DNA of 64,000 nt, from assembly GCF_009914755.1 (NCBI RefSeq), contig NC_060928.1; one strand, 5' to 3'. Made by a program: the position numbers and the translations under genes. Numbering within the stretch: the first letter of the stretch is position 1; each line of letters opens with the position of its first letter. The notes beneath the pieces are model-generated. The model was not told the origin of the DNA and searched no databases. It worked only from the letters and a program-made list of their open reading frames with translations. Source of the stretch: the human T2T-CHM13v2.0 reference genome, Homo sapiens. Positions 11,842-26,230 of the stretch are shown here, piece after piece.

Positions 11842-12987
11842 ATGGGTCCAATAGGTGCAGAGGCTGATGAGAACCAGACAGTGGAAGAAATGAAGGTGGA
11901 ACAATACGGGCCACAAACAACTCCTAGAGGTGAACTGGTCCCTGACCCTGAGCCAGAGCTTATAGATAGTACCAAGCTGATTGAGGTACAAGTTGTTCTC
12001 ATATTGGCCTACTGCTCCATCATCTTGCTTGGGGTAATTGGCAACTCCTTGGTGATCCATGTGGTGATCAAATTCAAGAGCATGCGCACAGTAACCAACT
12101 TTTTCATTGCCAATCTGGCTGTGGCAGATCTTTTGGTGAACACTCTGTGTCTACCGTTCACTCTTACCTATACCTTAATGGGGGAGTGGAAAATGGGTCC
12201 TGTCCTGTGCCACCTGGTGCCCTATGCCCAGGGCCTGGCAGTACAAGTATCCACAATCACCTTGACAGTAATTGCCCTGGACCGGCACAGGTGCATCGTC
12301 TACCACCTAGAGAGCAAGATCTCCAAGCGAATCAGCTTCCTGATTATTGGCTTGGCCTGGGGCATCAGTGCCCTGCTGGCAAGTCCCCTGGCCATCTTCC
12401 GGGAGTATTCGCTGATTGAGATCATCCCGGACTTTGAGATTGTGGCCTGTACTGAAAAGTGGCCTGGCGAGGAGAAGAGCATCTATGGCACTGTCTATAG
12501 TCTTTCTTCCTTGTTGATCTTGTATGTTTTGCCTCTGGGCATTATATCATTTTCCTACACTCGCATTTGGAGTAAATTGAAGAACCATGTCAGTCCTGGA
12601 GCTGCAAATGACCACTACCATCAGCGAAGGCAAAAAACCACCAAAATGCTGGTGTGTGTGGTGGTGGTGTTTGCGGTCAGCTGGCTGCCTCTCCATGCCT
12701 TCCAGCTTGCCGTTGACATTGACAGCCAGGTCCTGGACCTGAAGGAGTACAAACTCATCTTCACAGTGTTCCACATCATCGCCATGTGCTCCACTTTTGC
12801 CAATCCCCTTCTCTATGGCTGGATGAACAGCAACTACAGAAAGGCTTTCCTCTCGGCCTTCCGCTGTGAGCAGCGGTTGGATGCCATTCACTCTGAGGTG
12901 TCCGTGACATTCAAGGCTAAAAAGAACCTGGAGGTCAGAAAGAACAGTGGCCCCAATGACTCTTTCACAGAGGCTACCAATGTCTAA
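11842..12987 (+). CDS. NPY2R: Neuropeptide Y receptor type 2 (class A GPCR, 381 aa, intronless CDS)
   Basis: MGPIGAEADENQTVEE N-terminus recognised; seven hydrophobic segments; TM1 GN, TM2 NLAVAD, TM3 DRH, TM6 SWLP, TM7 NPLLY; N11 sequon (NQT); FRC cysteine after helix 8; strong Kozak aaaATGG; TAA stop. Confidence 0.99.
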   Translation: MGPIGAEADENQTVEEMKVEQYGPQTTPRGELVPDPEPELIDSTKLIEVQVVLILAYCSIILLGVIGNSLVIHVVIKFKSMRTVTNFFIANLAVADLLVNTLCLPFTLTYTLMGEWKMGPVLCHLVPYAQGLAVQVSTITLTVIALDRHRCIVYHLESKISKRISFLIIGLAWGISALLASPLAIFREYSLIEIIPDFEIVACTEKWPGEEKSIYGTVYSLSSLLILYVLPLGIISFSYTRIWSKLKNHVSPGAANDHYHQRRQKTTKMLVCVVVVFAVSWLPLHAFQLAVDIDSQVLDLKEYKLIFTVFHIIAMCSTFANPLLYGWMNSNYRKAFLSAFRCEQRLDAIHSEVSVTFKAKKNLEVRKNSGPNDSFTEATNV

Positions 12988-14018
12988 GGAAGCTGTGGTG
13001 TGAAAATGTATGGATGAATTCTGACCAGAGCTATGAATCTGGTTGATGGCGGCTCACAAGTGAAAACTGATTTCCCATTTTAAAGAAGAAGTGGATCTAA
13101 ATGGAAGCATCTGCTGTTTAATTCCTGGAAAACTGGCTGGGCAGAGCCTGTGTGAAAATACTGGAATTCAAAGATAAGGCAACAAAATGGTTTACTTAAC
13201 AGTTGGTTGGGTAGTAGGTTGCATTATGAGTAAAAGCAGAGAGAAGTACTTTTGATTATTTTCCTGGAGTGAAGAAAACTTGAACAAGAAATTGGTATTA
13301 TCAAAGCATTGCTGAGAGACGGTGGGAAAATAAGTTGACTTTCAAATCACGTTAGGACCTGGATTGAGGAGGTGTGCAGTTCGCTGCTCCCTGCTTGGCT
13401 TATGAAAACACCACTGAACAGAAATTTCTCCAGGGAGCCACAGGCTCTCCTTCATCGCATTTTGATTTTTTTGTTCATTCTCTAGACAAAATCCATCAGG
13501 GAATGCTGCAGGAAACGATTGCCAACTATACGAATGGCTTCGAGGAGATAAACTGAAATTTGCTATATAATTAATATTTTGGCAGATGATAGGGGAACTC
13601 CTCAACACTCAGTGGGCCAATTGTTCTTAAAACCAATTGCACGTTTGGTGAAAGTTTCTTCAACTCTGAATCAAAAGCTGAAATTCTCAGAATTACAGGA
13701 AATGCAAACCATCATTTAATTTCTAATTTCAAGTTACATCCGCTTTATGGAGATACTATTTAGATAACAAGAATACAACTTGATACTTTTATTGTTATAC
13801 CTTTTTGAACATGTATGATTTCTGTTGTTATTCCTATTGGAGCTAAGTTTGTCTACACTAAAATTTAAATCAGACTAGAGAATAATTTTTGTGGCATGTT
13901 GTAACATTTCACAGTATTTACAAGCTATTTTTGCACAGGTACATAGCTCTCATGTATTTAAAGAACACTGCAGTGTTATTTTCTTTGAAATTCATCCTCC
14001 ACGGACCCATTCATACTA

Positions 14019-14024
14019 AATAAA
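14019..14024 (+). terminator. Proximal poly(A) signal candidate AATAAA
   Basis: Canonical hexamer ~1 kb after the stop codon. Confidence 0.45.
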
Positions 14025-14249
14025 ACAATGTAATTACATTAAAATGGACCTATCTGTAAGAGGTACTAAAAACACTGGATTCATTTCATCTTGCAAATGT
14101 TGTATTTCAAACCAGTTTCACATAAGTTATTTGTCTTCTTTTCAAAATAATTAGCTATATTTTTATATAATATGAATATATACATAAAAATTGTTTCTAT
14201 AAATTGTAGAACATAGATGCTACAGTATTTTTTATTTAATTATATTATG

Positions 14250-14255
14250 AATAAA
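14250..14255 (+). terminator. Middle poly(A) signal candidate AATAAA
   Basis: Canonical hexamer preceded by a U-rich stretch. Confidence 0.5.
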
Positions 14256-14921
14256 ATTGTTATTTCAATAGTACCCAACCAAAGATGCTTAAAAACCTTC
14301 TATGTTCATAAAAAATAACAACTGAGATGTTAAAATAGTCATACGTCTTTAGATGCTATTAAAGTTTCATTAGTCATATTTTTGTAAATATGACAGAATT
14401 TGTGAATATATTTTTAAAGCAAAAAACTTCAACATGCATATGATATATAGTTACAACATTAATTTTATGAACTGGAGAGCTTTACTTTGTGGATATATTT
14501 AAAATTCATATTATAGCTCCTATTAAATTCCTTCCATGATAGATATAAAGGACTGGTTTTTAAGTGCACTGCACTTCTGGAATACTGAAAAAGAATGAAA
14601 ACAATATGTTAGATTAGGTGTAAGACTTTAAGAAGCGAACAAAAAGTAATGTATATCTGTAATATATAATCAAATGATTCATTTTTCTGTTAGACTAGGC
14701 AAATTGTTCAAAAATAACCTTTTTGTCTTTTAAGTAGCAGTCACTTTGCTTAAGATGCTAATAGAAAACTGTGGTTAAAGATTTACCCTCCCTCTTGGTG
14801 AATTATTACACTGTAAGAAATGTATATGCTACTGTGTTACATGTTGTATTAGTAAATTATTAGAATCCAATTAATGATTCAATTAACATATATCTTATCC
14901 AATTCATTATGTCAATTCATT

Positions 14922-14927
14922 AATAAA
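14922..14927 (+). terminator. Distal poly(A) signal AATAAA
   Basis: Upstream TGTA motifs, downstream GU-rich tttatgttgc and a backup ATTAAA at 14958-14963; repeats resume shortly afterwards. Confidence 0.7.
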
Positions 14928-15179
14928 ATACCTTTTATGTAGAGGCTTTATGTTGCAATTAAAAAGTTGGGAAAATGAGAGAAATTGTGTGGAATTTTAT
15001 ATCAGAGTGCTTGTCTAAGACAAGGCAGTAAGACTAATGCAACTAAAAAAGAAAAATAAGGGCTGCTGTTCCACAGTTAGTCCAGCTCTCTTTCCATTCT
15101 GTACCTGAACCTGAGTCAATGAATCCACTCTTACGACTGCAATTACAATACATAATATGAGGATACGTGGATCTTCATT

Positions 15180-15905
15180 TTTCAGACAAGACCTTTCTTC
15201 TTAACTTCAATTCTGTATCTCTACCGGCCAATAGACCATGTCCACATGGGTGTCTCACCAGCAAATCAAATCTCAAACAGAACCTGCCATTTCAATGCAC
15301 ACCTCATCCCATCTCCCCTCCACGTTGTCTTCCCGTATTCTCTGTCTCAATCATGACACTACTATGTACCTATTTCCCAAAAGCCTTACATTTTGGAATC
15401 ACCCTTTACAAGTCTCTTTATCGCATGTATCTAATTAATTCCCACATCTTGTTTTAATTCCTACGTGTTTCTTTAATCGACTTACTTTTTTCCATTCCCT
15501 TGGTCCAGGCTATGATTGTCTCCCCAGACTGCTATTATGTCTCATCTGGATTAATATAGGTACTTCCTAATTGGTCTCTATATCTTGCTTTCTTCCCATC
15601 TAATCTGACTCTAACTCATTAGCCATAGTGATTTTTCAAAAACTCAGATTTTATCAAATCACTCTTCTGATGAAAACACTTTAACGTCTCCTTATATGAT
15701 AAACTCTGCATCTTTTTATGACATGGAAGGTTGTTTAGAACCTGACTGTGCCTGTGTTTTTTATCTCATATAGATTCTTTTTTTCCACTAATATTTGCTG
15801 CTAGATTTTAAGCATCATGAGGGCCAGGACAGGGACTGTCTTAACCATTGTGGTTATCACAGATACTTGCAATTCTTGACATCAAGTTAGTAGTCAATAA
15901 ATATC
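15180..15905 (+). mobile_element. L2 LINE 3' portion
   Basis: ccatgtccacatgggtgtctcaccag...aagcatcatgagggccaggacagggactgtctt...agtcaataaatat. Confidence 0.75.
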
Positions 15906-16189
15906 CTTCAAGGAAATTGAGTTTATGAAGTGAAGTGTATTTACTAAAGCCAAGACTTGAAGATAGATTTGCAAGGTTGTAAACCATAAATGTTTCCCAT
16001 TTTAGCATATGTCTTCTAGGAAAAGAAGGTTTTAGCTACACAAGAGTCCAGTAAAGATATATTTGTTCAGAATCAGGTTGGTTTTCTTTCGTTTTTTGGA
16101 GGCCATTAAACATAGACACACGCGTAAGTATAAAGGGCTCTATACATAGATTTCATTCATGGCTCACTCAAAATTAGCTAGAACTTTAT

Positions 16190-16660
16190 GACCAGGGAAG
16201 AATGGAGGAGGCAGTCATGATTCAGATAGCTAGAAAAGCCATTGCAGGTATTTCTAGCAGAAAGTTATTTAATTCAAGAAATTAAAGTCTTATAAAACCA
16301 CTGGAAGAGCTAGGGAAGTTAAAGTTAGGAAAAGTATCCACTAGTATTGAAGAAACCAGGAAGTGCAAAATTGCAAGAAACTACTATTAATGTGAACAGT
16401 ACGAAAGTGGATGATGTACAGGAAAAGTACAGATTTATCTATAAAATCTTATTGTCGCTCGCTAAGCCCACACTCCTGCCCATCTCTACTGTAGATCCAT
16501 TAATGCCTTTTGCTTCTCTTCTGGTTTCCAAAATTTATACAACTCTAGCCTTACTGGCATGGATCTAGGGAAATGTTCTTAGGTTTCAAATCCCTAAGAT
16601 ACAGGGGAAAGCATGGAGGGGAGGATATGGCACTCAGTTGCTATCAGAGAGTCTGGCAAT
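16190..16660. mobile_element. Ancient MaLR/ERVL-type LTR (MLT1M/N-like)
   Basis: gcaggtatttctagcagaaagttatttaattcaag...ctagggaaatgttct...gatacaggggaaagcatggagggg; shares motifs with 62800-63255. Confidence 0.45.
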
Positions 16661-18911
16661 CTTAGGGTGTAATTTCTAGTTTCAACCTCATCTTCTCCTT
16701 AGTACCTGCGTAGGTTCTCCAAAGTTACAGTGATGCAAATTGACTACATCTTTTCCTTTTCTTTTAACAAGGCTCAGGTGTCAAAAATACTCTTTAAAAC
16801 TGCCCCATTTGTACAGGTAGACTGAGGAGTAAAGTATAAATAAAGGCCATTTTTCCTACAATGGGCTGATTGGAATGGAGGAAGAAAGGATAAATCCGAT
16901 ATAATTATACCAATACTGGAACAATGATCTGAAAACTACAGAAGAATCTAAATTCTGGATTAGCTTCCTAGGATGAGCAAAAGGAAATAATAATGTCTCA
17001 GGGAGAGAAGAGTCTTCAAAATTTTCAAATTGATAAGAGATGAAATATTAATATATATGGCAGCAAAAGACAAAAATGTTATTTTTTCTTAAGAAAACAA
17101 AAAAATTAAAGAAACAACACAAAGATAGTAGAGAACGCAAACAACTCAATGATTTTATCCCATGATATTAAACTCAGGTAAGAATTTTGTTAAGGAGTTT
17201 CTAAGGACTGATTTGAGGATTTACAAAGATAACTGTCTGTTAGACCATTGACCTTTTTCTGCCTTAGTACACTTGAAAGACGTCCACAGACTCCACAAGT
17301 TCTCATAGATATGGAAGAGGTTATAAAAAGAATAGTCTGCAGGTTATAACAATTCGCATTCATGTTATCTGTAACTCCAGCTCTTCCTTGCTAACTTGAG
17401 ATTGTGTAATTGAATGCAAGTAAGTGAAAATGGCTAACCCTGAACCTACTCTCCTTTATAAACAAATAATTGCCAATTTTTCAACACTTTAACAAATTAC
17501 TTGCAAAACACCACGTGGCTGATCATGACAAAGGATTATGTTATAACAGTAAAATTAAAAAGCACTATAACTTCACAATAAATGAAGGAAAACAATAACA
17601 AGTCAATAATTATTTTTAAATTAATTTTGCCCTTGTCATAGAAAATTAACAAACTATAAAAAAATAAGTACATATATGTATATACACACATATATTTAAT
17701 GACAAATATATCTTCTTGACGTACAGTATTATCTAATATCACATATTATCTGTGTATAGAACATCTAACTATCTAAAAGTGGTGACTAGCCTTTTTCCAA
17801 ATGACCTATTTATTTCCACCATTGTCCCTACAGGAGTAACTACCACTGGGCTGTGGGTGGAGTGGGGTGAAGAGGAAAGGAGAATGCACTCTGGAATGTA
17901 AACAAAATAATTTGAATATATGCAGTTTGAAAAAGCTCCTTGGTGAGTGTGGCCTACTTCCCCCAACCAGTTGATAATCAAAAATGACAGACGTCAAACT
18001 GGTGCTTATCATTTTGAACACTGACACGTTTTTAAATGATTAGTATCCATTAGGATACACAAGCTACGATCTGCCTCCAAAGACTTGTGAATTGTTGGAG
18101 GGCACCTATTGTGCAATCATTCCTGTTCTCTGGTATAAGCAAATCAGAACTTGTTTCCAGAATGCAACTGAGAAGGGAGAAACAAAAGACTTCGAGGGAC
18201 ATACATAGTGTTAGCACTACTGCATGCATTGTGTATAAGTTGAAGCCAAATACCATCAGTCAAAACGCATCTACAATAATCTCTTGATCCCATCAGACCA
18301 TATTGAGGGATGTAACAACAGGATCTAGGGCAACATAGATAATGTAATTTTATGTTCACTGAAGCAATAATATAGGTTTGACACTGAAGGATTGTTTCTG
18401 CCTTTTTATTCCAGGAAAAATAATTTACTGAAAATAAGAACTTCCTACTTACTTACAAAGATAATTCCATCTAAACAATTGCCTCAATAGTTTTCCCACA
18501 AATATGGTGTACTCAGTAACTTATGACCTCAAAAGCTCCACAGGAGTTATACAAATCTGGTTTGTCTCCAAGATACGGATTTTATATTTACTTTCTGATA
18601 TTTAGCTTAAAAGTCTAAAATTAGATGGAGGCATTCCTTACCTACAAGGACCCTCATGAGAATTGCTTATAATTGTCATTATATCCCAAGACAGCACAAA
18701 ACAGTTTATTATAGTCATGAGTATTAGAATGTTTTTTAAAGCACAGGCCCCCCAAAAGATAATTTCTTAGTGGATATAACTAGGAAATATGAATGACATT
18801 TTGGAACTGTCAATATTGTGATGTGGTGCTAATCTTATTCAAAACATGGTTGAACATGGTTTAGCGATTTTGCTACTAGTGATAATCACTTGTCCTGATA
18901 TAGTCACCATC

Positions 18912-19290
18912 TGCTGTGGTTTGTATATTTCCTCCAAAATTCAGGTGATGAAAGTTAATGGCCAATGTGATGGTATTAAGAGGTAGGGCTTTTAAGACGT
19001 GACTAAATTATGAGGGCTCCTTCCATCGTGAATGATATTAAATCCCTTATAAAAGGGGCTTCATGCAAATTTGGCTGTTTTGCCTTTCCACCTTTCACCA
19101 TATAAAAACACAGTGATATCCCCTCCGGAGGTTGCAGCAATAAGGCGCCATCTTGGAAGCAGAGAATAGTCTTCAACAGACCACCAAACCTGCCCCATCC
19201 TGATCTTGGACTTCCTAATCTCCAGAATGGTAAGAAATGAATTTTACAAGTTATCCAGTCTCAGGTATTTTGTTATAACAGTACAGACTG
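18912..19290 (+). mobile_element. MSTC/MSTD-like MaLR solo LTR
   Basis: tgctgtggtttg...gtattaagaggtagggc...ccctccggaggttgcagcaataaggcgccatcttggaagcagaga...tcttggacttcc...ttttgttataaca. Confidence 0.85.
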
Positions 19291-20049
19291 TTACTGAATA
19301 CATTTTATCCACCAACACATTCTTAAAGATAGTTGCATGATGGTGCAACAGAGTTATGTCATCCTCGCAGAAAATTCATGGCTTTAAACAAATTAACATC
19401 ATCATGCACAGAAAGCAAGTGGGTGAATCTGCTTTAGGCAAGGCTTAAAGCTGAAGCTAGAGAATCCAGAGCAACAGCCAAGTCTAAGGTAACAGACTCT
19501 TAAAGGGGACATGGAACTAAGTATCCGCACCTGGGCAGGAACAGGCTCAAATCAGGAACAGATGAGGGGAGAGGGAAAAGGCTGCACCAGTGTGGATATG
19601 CAATGCTGAGTGAAGGGTCCTGGGCCAAGGTGGGAAAAATCTTTGATATGCCTCTTCTTCTGTGAACTGAGTAAGCTTATGACACCAACACTATTTTTGT
19701 TAAAATCACCTAAAAGCTCTCATAATGCTCCAGAATAACATTTTAATTATTTTTAAAATATAACTTATTAGAGTTCCTTCTTTCAACGGTTATATCATAC
19801 ATTTGTTGAGGCTTAAATAGTAAATTACTGTGTTAATTGGCTCCTGATTTTCACCCAGCTGGGGATGAGGGTATGCTGTAGAAAAGTATGAGGAGTGTGC
19901 TGTAGCAAGAGTGTTTATCTTCTGTGGGAAGAGGAAGACATCGAGGGGAAGGTAAGAATGGAAAGGTAAAGGGCAGAAAACAGTCTAAAGAAATGGGTCA
20001 GAACATTTCCAGTACTTTTCCATTTGCCTAGATTCAGTAAGTCAAATGG

Positions 20050-20790
20050 GTATCTACTCACTGGAAGATGATTATTTTGGTCCTCATAATTCACAGAGTG
20101 TTGGTGGAGTGCCTAGAAGGGTTCTTGCCTCAGTAATGAGAAATAATTAGACCCAGACAAAATGCTTATCTAATTCTTCTCAACAAATCTTAAAGGCAGC
20201 ACTGGAAGGAATCAAACTGTTTCTAAGAAATTTAAATGTATTACAAAATATAGCTCAAAACATTTATCAGTAGGCAAAATATATATAGGATGACACAGGA
20301 AAACATTTACAAATTCTGTCATCTAATCAAAGATTATCAGGCATAAAAAAGCAAGAAAATAAGACCCACAGTGAAAAGAGAAATAAATCAATCTAAATTG
20401 ATCCAGAACTGATACATGTGTTCAAATCAGCAAAGAGCTGATTTATGTTATGTGTTAAGCAAAGAGCTTAACACATAAAACTATTCTGTACTTTAAAAAA
20501 TTTAAGTAGATGTATGGAAATTATAAAAAGTTATCGAGACCAAATATCTGGAGATGAAAATTACAATATCTGTGATAAAAACTATATTGGAGGGGATTCA
20601 CAGCAGACTAGAAATTTCAGAAGATTAGTAAACTTGAAGACACAGCAATAGAAATTATGCAAAAGGAAACACACAGAGAATTTTAAAAATGTAAAGAGAT
20701 TCAGTGATTTGTGGGACAACTTCAAATGGCTTTACATATATGTAATTGGAGTCACCAAAGGCATTGTGGTGAGGAAGAAACAATATTTTA
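20050..20790 (+). mobile_element. Old L1M 5'/ORF1 remnant
   Basis: gaggggattcacagcagactaga...aaacttgaagacacagcaatagaaatt...tgtgggacaacttcaaa...gtaattggagtc is ORF1-like. Confidence 0.7.
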
Positions 20791-20859
20791 AAAACCAAGT
20801 TCACTTACTCCTAATGCCATCAGCAATTATGTTGAATGTAAATGTAGAGGCAGAAACTA

Positions 20860-21142
<283 letters not shown>

Positions 21143-21199
21143 TTAAAATGTAAATAGTCTAAATGCCTTAATTTAGGAGGCAGAAATTGTCGTATCTGA

Positions 21200-21582
<383 letters not shown>

Positions 21583-21904
21583 ATAAAAGACTCAACTATA
21601 TATCAATAAATTATTTTAAATACATAAATAATTCTACAAAATATGAAAGTTATGATTAGAATCCAGAATGCACATGTTAATAACTTTGTTAATATAGAAA
21701 TAATACCATGACACCAAAACTACCAGAGTTTGTGAAGGCAAATTGGGAAAAACTGAAATTGCACATTTTTTAAAAGTAATAATAGCTAAATTGACAATGT
21801 CGAAAGCAGCTAAACCAACTTATACATTTTAACTATAAAGATTAAATATATATATATGAGAATGGAACAAACAAGATCAAATTTTAGCATGTATGAAAAT
21901 CTCT

Positions 21905-22058
21905 GATACATGTTAAAATGCTTATTCTTAGATCCTATTCTATTCTTACAGATTCTGAATTGAAATTCTCATCTGGGCCCAAGAAACTGCCTGGTAAATA
22001 ATTACCCTTGGTAATTCCATGTAGATGGTGTCTATGTATCACATAAAGAAATATTCTG
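21905..22058. mobile_element. MER5-like hAT fragment
   Basis: gttaaaatgcttattct...cagattctgaattgaaattctc...gggcccaagaaactgc... Confidence 0.55.
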
Positions 22059-23039
22059 GTTTAATAATCAAACCAGCCAAAATGTGATGGTGAGAAAAGA
22101 TGGAAGGTAAGAGTAAAATTAAGTTCTTTAAAACTACAGATGTATATTCCTCAGAAGCATTATATTAAAAAGAAAATACACCATGACCCAGTGGGATTAT
22201 TTTGACTTAACATTAGAAAATCTATAAATGTAACTTATTATATTAACAAACTTAATAAAGAAAAAGCATATAGTTATCTCAATAAACATCTGAAAAACAT
22301 TTATATCAATTTCTGATAAAAATTGATATTACAAAGTCTACAATTTTGATTTTTCCATTTTAATTATTTTTACCCGCTTTATATTTCATAGATTGAGAGA
22401 CAAGTTAAAATTTTCTGGTGACTATTTTATGATTTATTTTTACCTGTATTCCTTAAATTTCTCATAGAGTTTATTCAAAATTAATTTTGATGTTACCTTA
22501 CTTGGTGCAAAAGAAAATTCATGACAATTGAATCTTTATTTTTGCCTTGAATTTGACTTTATTTGGTAATAATATTACAAACCTGTTTTCGTTTAATTTT
22601 CATTTCTATGTTACATCTATCAATTTTTTTCACTTCAGTATCTGTGTTTTGCTTTATGAGGCATATTTCTTTTGTACAACACATTATCGGGCTTTGATTT
22701 TAATCTAAGTCTACATTTTTTAATTGACTCATCTCTTTTATATTGATTGATCTGGTATGAATGTATACTCCTTAATTCTGATATTTTTTTCTATATTGAA
22801 TATGGACTTTGTTTTTTACTTTAGATATCTAGTCTATGCTTCCCTTGGTTTGGTGGTTGGGGTTACAGTGATGGTTTTAACGGTGATAATGTATGTGTTG
22901 TATTTTTGATAGTTTCTGAGACTTACATATAGTTTTTACATCTCCAAATGGTTTTAATATTATTATTTCTTGATTTAGTAATTTTAGAGAATATCTGTTG
23001 ATATGTTCCCCACCATGAATGATTAAGCAAATAAAATTT

Positions 23040-23735
23040 AAATAATGTAATATAACTACACACTACCAAATAGCTAAAAGTAAAATGAAAAAAAAACCAA
23101 TGTTGATGAAGATTTGAAGCAACTAGAACTCTCAAGCACTGCATGAGTAGGAGTATAAATTGGTAAAGTCTCTTCAGAAAGCTCTTTGGAAATGTAGACA
23201 ATAGATAAATAATTCAGCCTTATTACCAAGGAGTTCCATTTCTAGATGTAGAGCCAACAGAAATGCAAGCATATGTTTGCCAAAACACATGCACTGGAAT
23301 ATTCTTTGCTGCACTATTCATAAGAGCTAAAAATTGGAATACGACTTTAGTGTACATTGACAATACATTGGATAAACAAAGTATCAAATTCTATATTCAC
23401 AGAGTTAAGTACTATAGAGCAATTAAAAGAAACTATTTTTGCATGCATGCAACAATAGTAATGAATCTTACAAATATTTTGAGGAACATAAGGCAAACAC
23501 AAAGGATTTCATACTTTATTTAATTACTTTTATACAAATTTAACAAGTGGTCAAAGGCAGGCTATGTTATTAGAAATCATGATAATGGCCACCTGTGCTA
23601 GGAGGATCTACAAGGAAGGCTTCTGTAATGCTTTTAACATTCTGTTTAGGTGTGTTCATATTGTTAAAGTTTATTAAGCTGTATATGTATGATTTGTATA
23701 CTTTTCTGCATAATAATTCTGCAATAAAACATTTA
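23040..23735 (+). mobile_element. L1ME-type 3' end remnant
   Basis: aatgttgatgaagatttgaagcaactagaactctc...gagtataaattggta...gcactattcataagagctaaaaattggaa. Confidence 0.7.
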
Positions 23736-23751
23736 AAAACTAGTAGCATTC

Positions 23752-24066
<315 letters not shown>

Positions 24067-24494
24067 TCAGTGCTGGTGAGATTAGGAAAGCTAGGCATAT
24101 GTTATGCTGCATATGTATGCTGATGGAAATGCCAATTAATATAATAATTTTGGAAAGCAACCATACAATTGCTATTAAAATTTAACATGAATGAATAATT
24201 GGAGCCAGCAGTCCACTTTTGGGAAATCTGATTAGTGGAAGAAAAGCAGCAAGAGAGAAGGATACATTAAAGAAAATTGTGAAGAATTTTAATAACTATT
24301 ATTATGAAAGTATTTAAAATAATTATAGTACAGTCAGTCAGACTGTGATATATTATGCAACTATTAAGTAGAATATGTTTTATACATAACTGATGAACTA
24401 GAAGAATTTCTCTGAAGTGTTACTAATTGAGAAATACCTAAAAAATACATAAAACATATTCAAGTATTCATTTAGCTATATAACCAGATTATTA

Positions 24495-24749
<255 letters not shown>

Positions 24750-25499
24750 AAAGATTGTAGGAAAAAATACAGTTATCTGGTGTCACTAACAATATTAGTC
24801 ATTTTGGTGTGTGTGTACAAGTGTATATATTTTGAACATAAAAGGATATTTGTTATTTAATTTTTAAGAAAAATTTAAATATTGGTTCCATCTACTTATA
24901 ATTTTAGATAAGTATAAAAATGTATTTGAGTGATATACCTCAAAACAGTAAAAGTTGATATCTATAGTTGTGGGATGAGTGTTTTACTCATTTATCTCAT
25001 GTATTTTCTAGACTTTTCTGAATTTACTCAAATTAAAAATTGTAAATGCAAACAGTAACAGAAAATAAAAAGAAAATAGAAAACAAATAAAAATAAATAA
25101 TATAAAAATAACACGTTAAGAAATTGGAAACAAATGTACCCTAAGTTAACAGAATGATAGCTCTTCCAGAACGTGAAGCAAAGCCAGCATGGCCACATTC
25201 TTATTTGAGAGCAGAAGGAAGAAGCAATGTGAGTTTTATGTAAACAGTATCATCTGTCTTTTGCTTTTTCTCCCCTTCAGAAAGCTCATGTTCTACAAGA
25301 GTAGGCTTTTTGGAAAAAATAGCTTTGCTTGCTGTCTCATTACTTATGCCAAAATATATTTTCACTGAATCAATGTTTTATAAATCAGTAACAATGTAAA
25401 AGGAACAGGAGAAAATGTGAGTAATTAGATTAAAAATTTGGGAATAAGACTTTTTGATACAAGAAACAAAATTTTAAAAAGGAATTTCTCTATTAAAAT

Positions 25500-26230
25500 A
25501 GAATGGTTTAATTGTTTTGCAAGAGAAAAGTACCATAGAAAAAATGAAAAGACAAATGATAAACTGGGAAAATATTCACAGCACATATGACGGACAAAAT
25601 GTAAGCCAGTAACACTGGCTAACAACTTGTTGGAGATACAGAGAGAACTGTGCTAATATAAGTACAGACGTTTAAAAATAGTTCCTTGTTAAAGAAATTC
25701 ATATTCAAACATAAGATTACGATTTTCACCCATTAGAGTAGCAAATTTCCAAAGTTTTATAGTACATACTTGGGTAAACAAAGATTTATACACTGTTTAT
25801 TATGTTTGTAAATTGGTGTAAATTCTTTGAAATGAAATTTGGCAAGTTTATGTGTGTCAGATTTAAAATGCATAAATCTTTTGATCCATTGATTTAAACT
25901 GTAGACATTTTATTTGTAATGTAAACAAAAATGGTATCATTACAGCACTTTTTGGATAAAGGCAGAAAATTGGGAAGAGTCTAAACTTCATCAGATATAT
26001 GCTTTACTAAATTATGGTAAACCTGTACATTGACATATTCTGCATCTTTCAAAAAAGAGTGTAGTGGCACTAAATATGTTGATTTGAAAAGATTATTAGA
26101 TATTTAGTTACTTATTTGGTGGAAAAATAGGAAAAATAAGAGGTAAAACTGTTTATAGTATGATCTCATATTATCAAATATTTAAATATCAAGTATTATT
26201 TAAATATAATTTATATGTGTAAACATTTCC
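25500..26230 (+). mobile_element. L1ME-type remnant
   Basis: aaactgggaaaatattcac...gattttcacccattagagtagcaaa...gtaaattggtgtaaattctttga. Confidence 0.6.

Larger units (their letters stand above)
12988..14945 (+). other. NPY2R: NPY2R 3'UTR (AU-rich; end inferred from the distal poly(A) signal)
   Basis: Repeat-free, AU-rich, multiple ATTTA, Pumilio site TGTAAATA at 14383-14390. Confidence 0.75.

Noticed and set aside
11510-12891. Antisense and alternate-frame ORFs overlapping NPY2R
   Set aside because: Shadows of the real CDS and of the intronic T-rich tract; no independent signals
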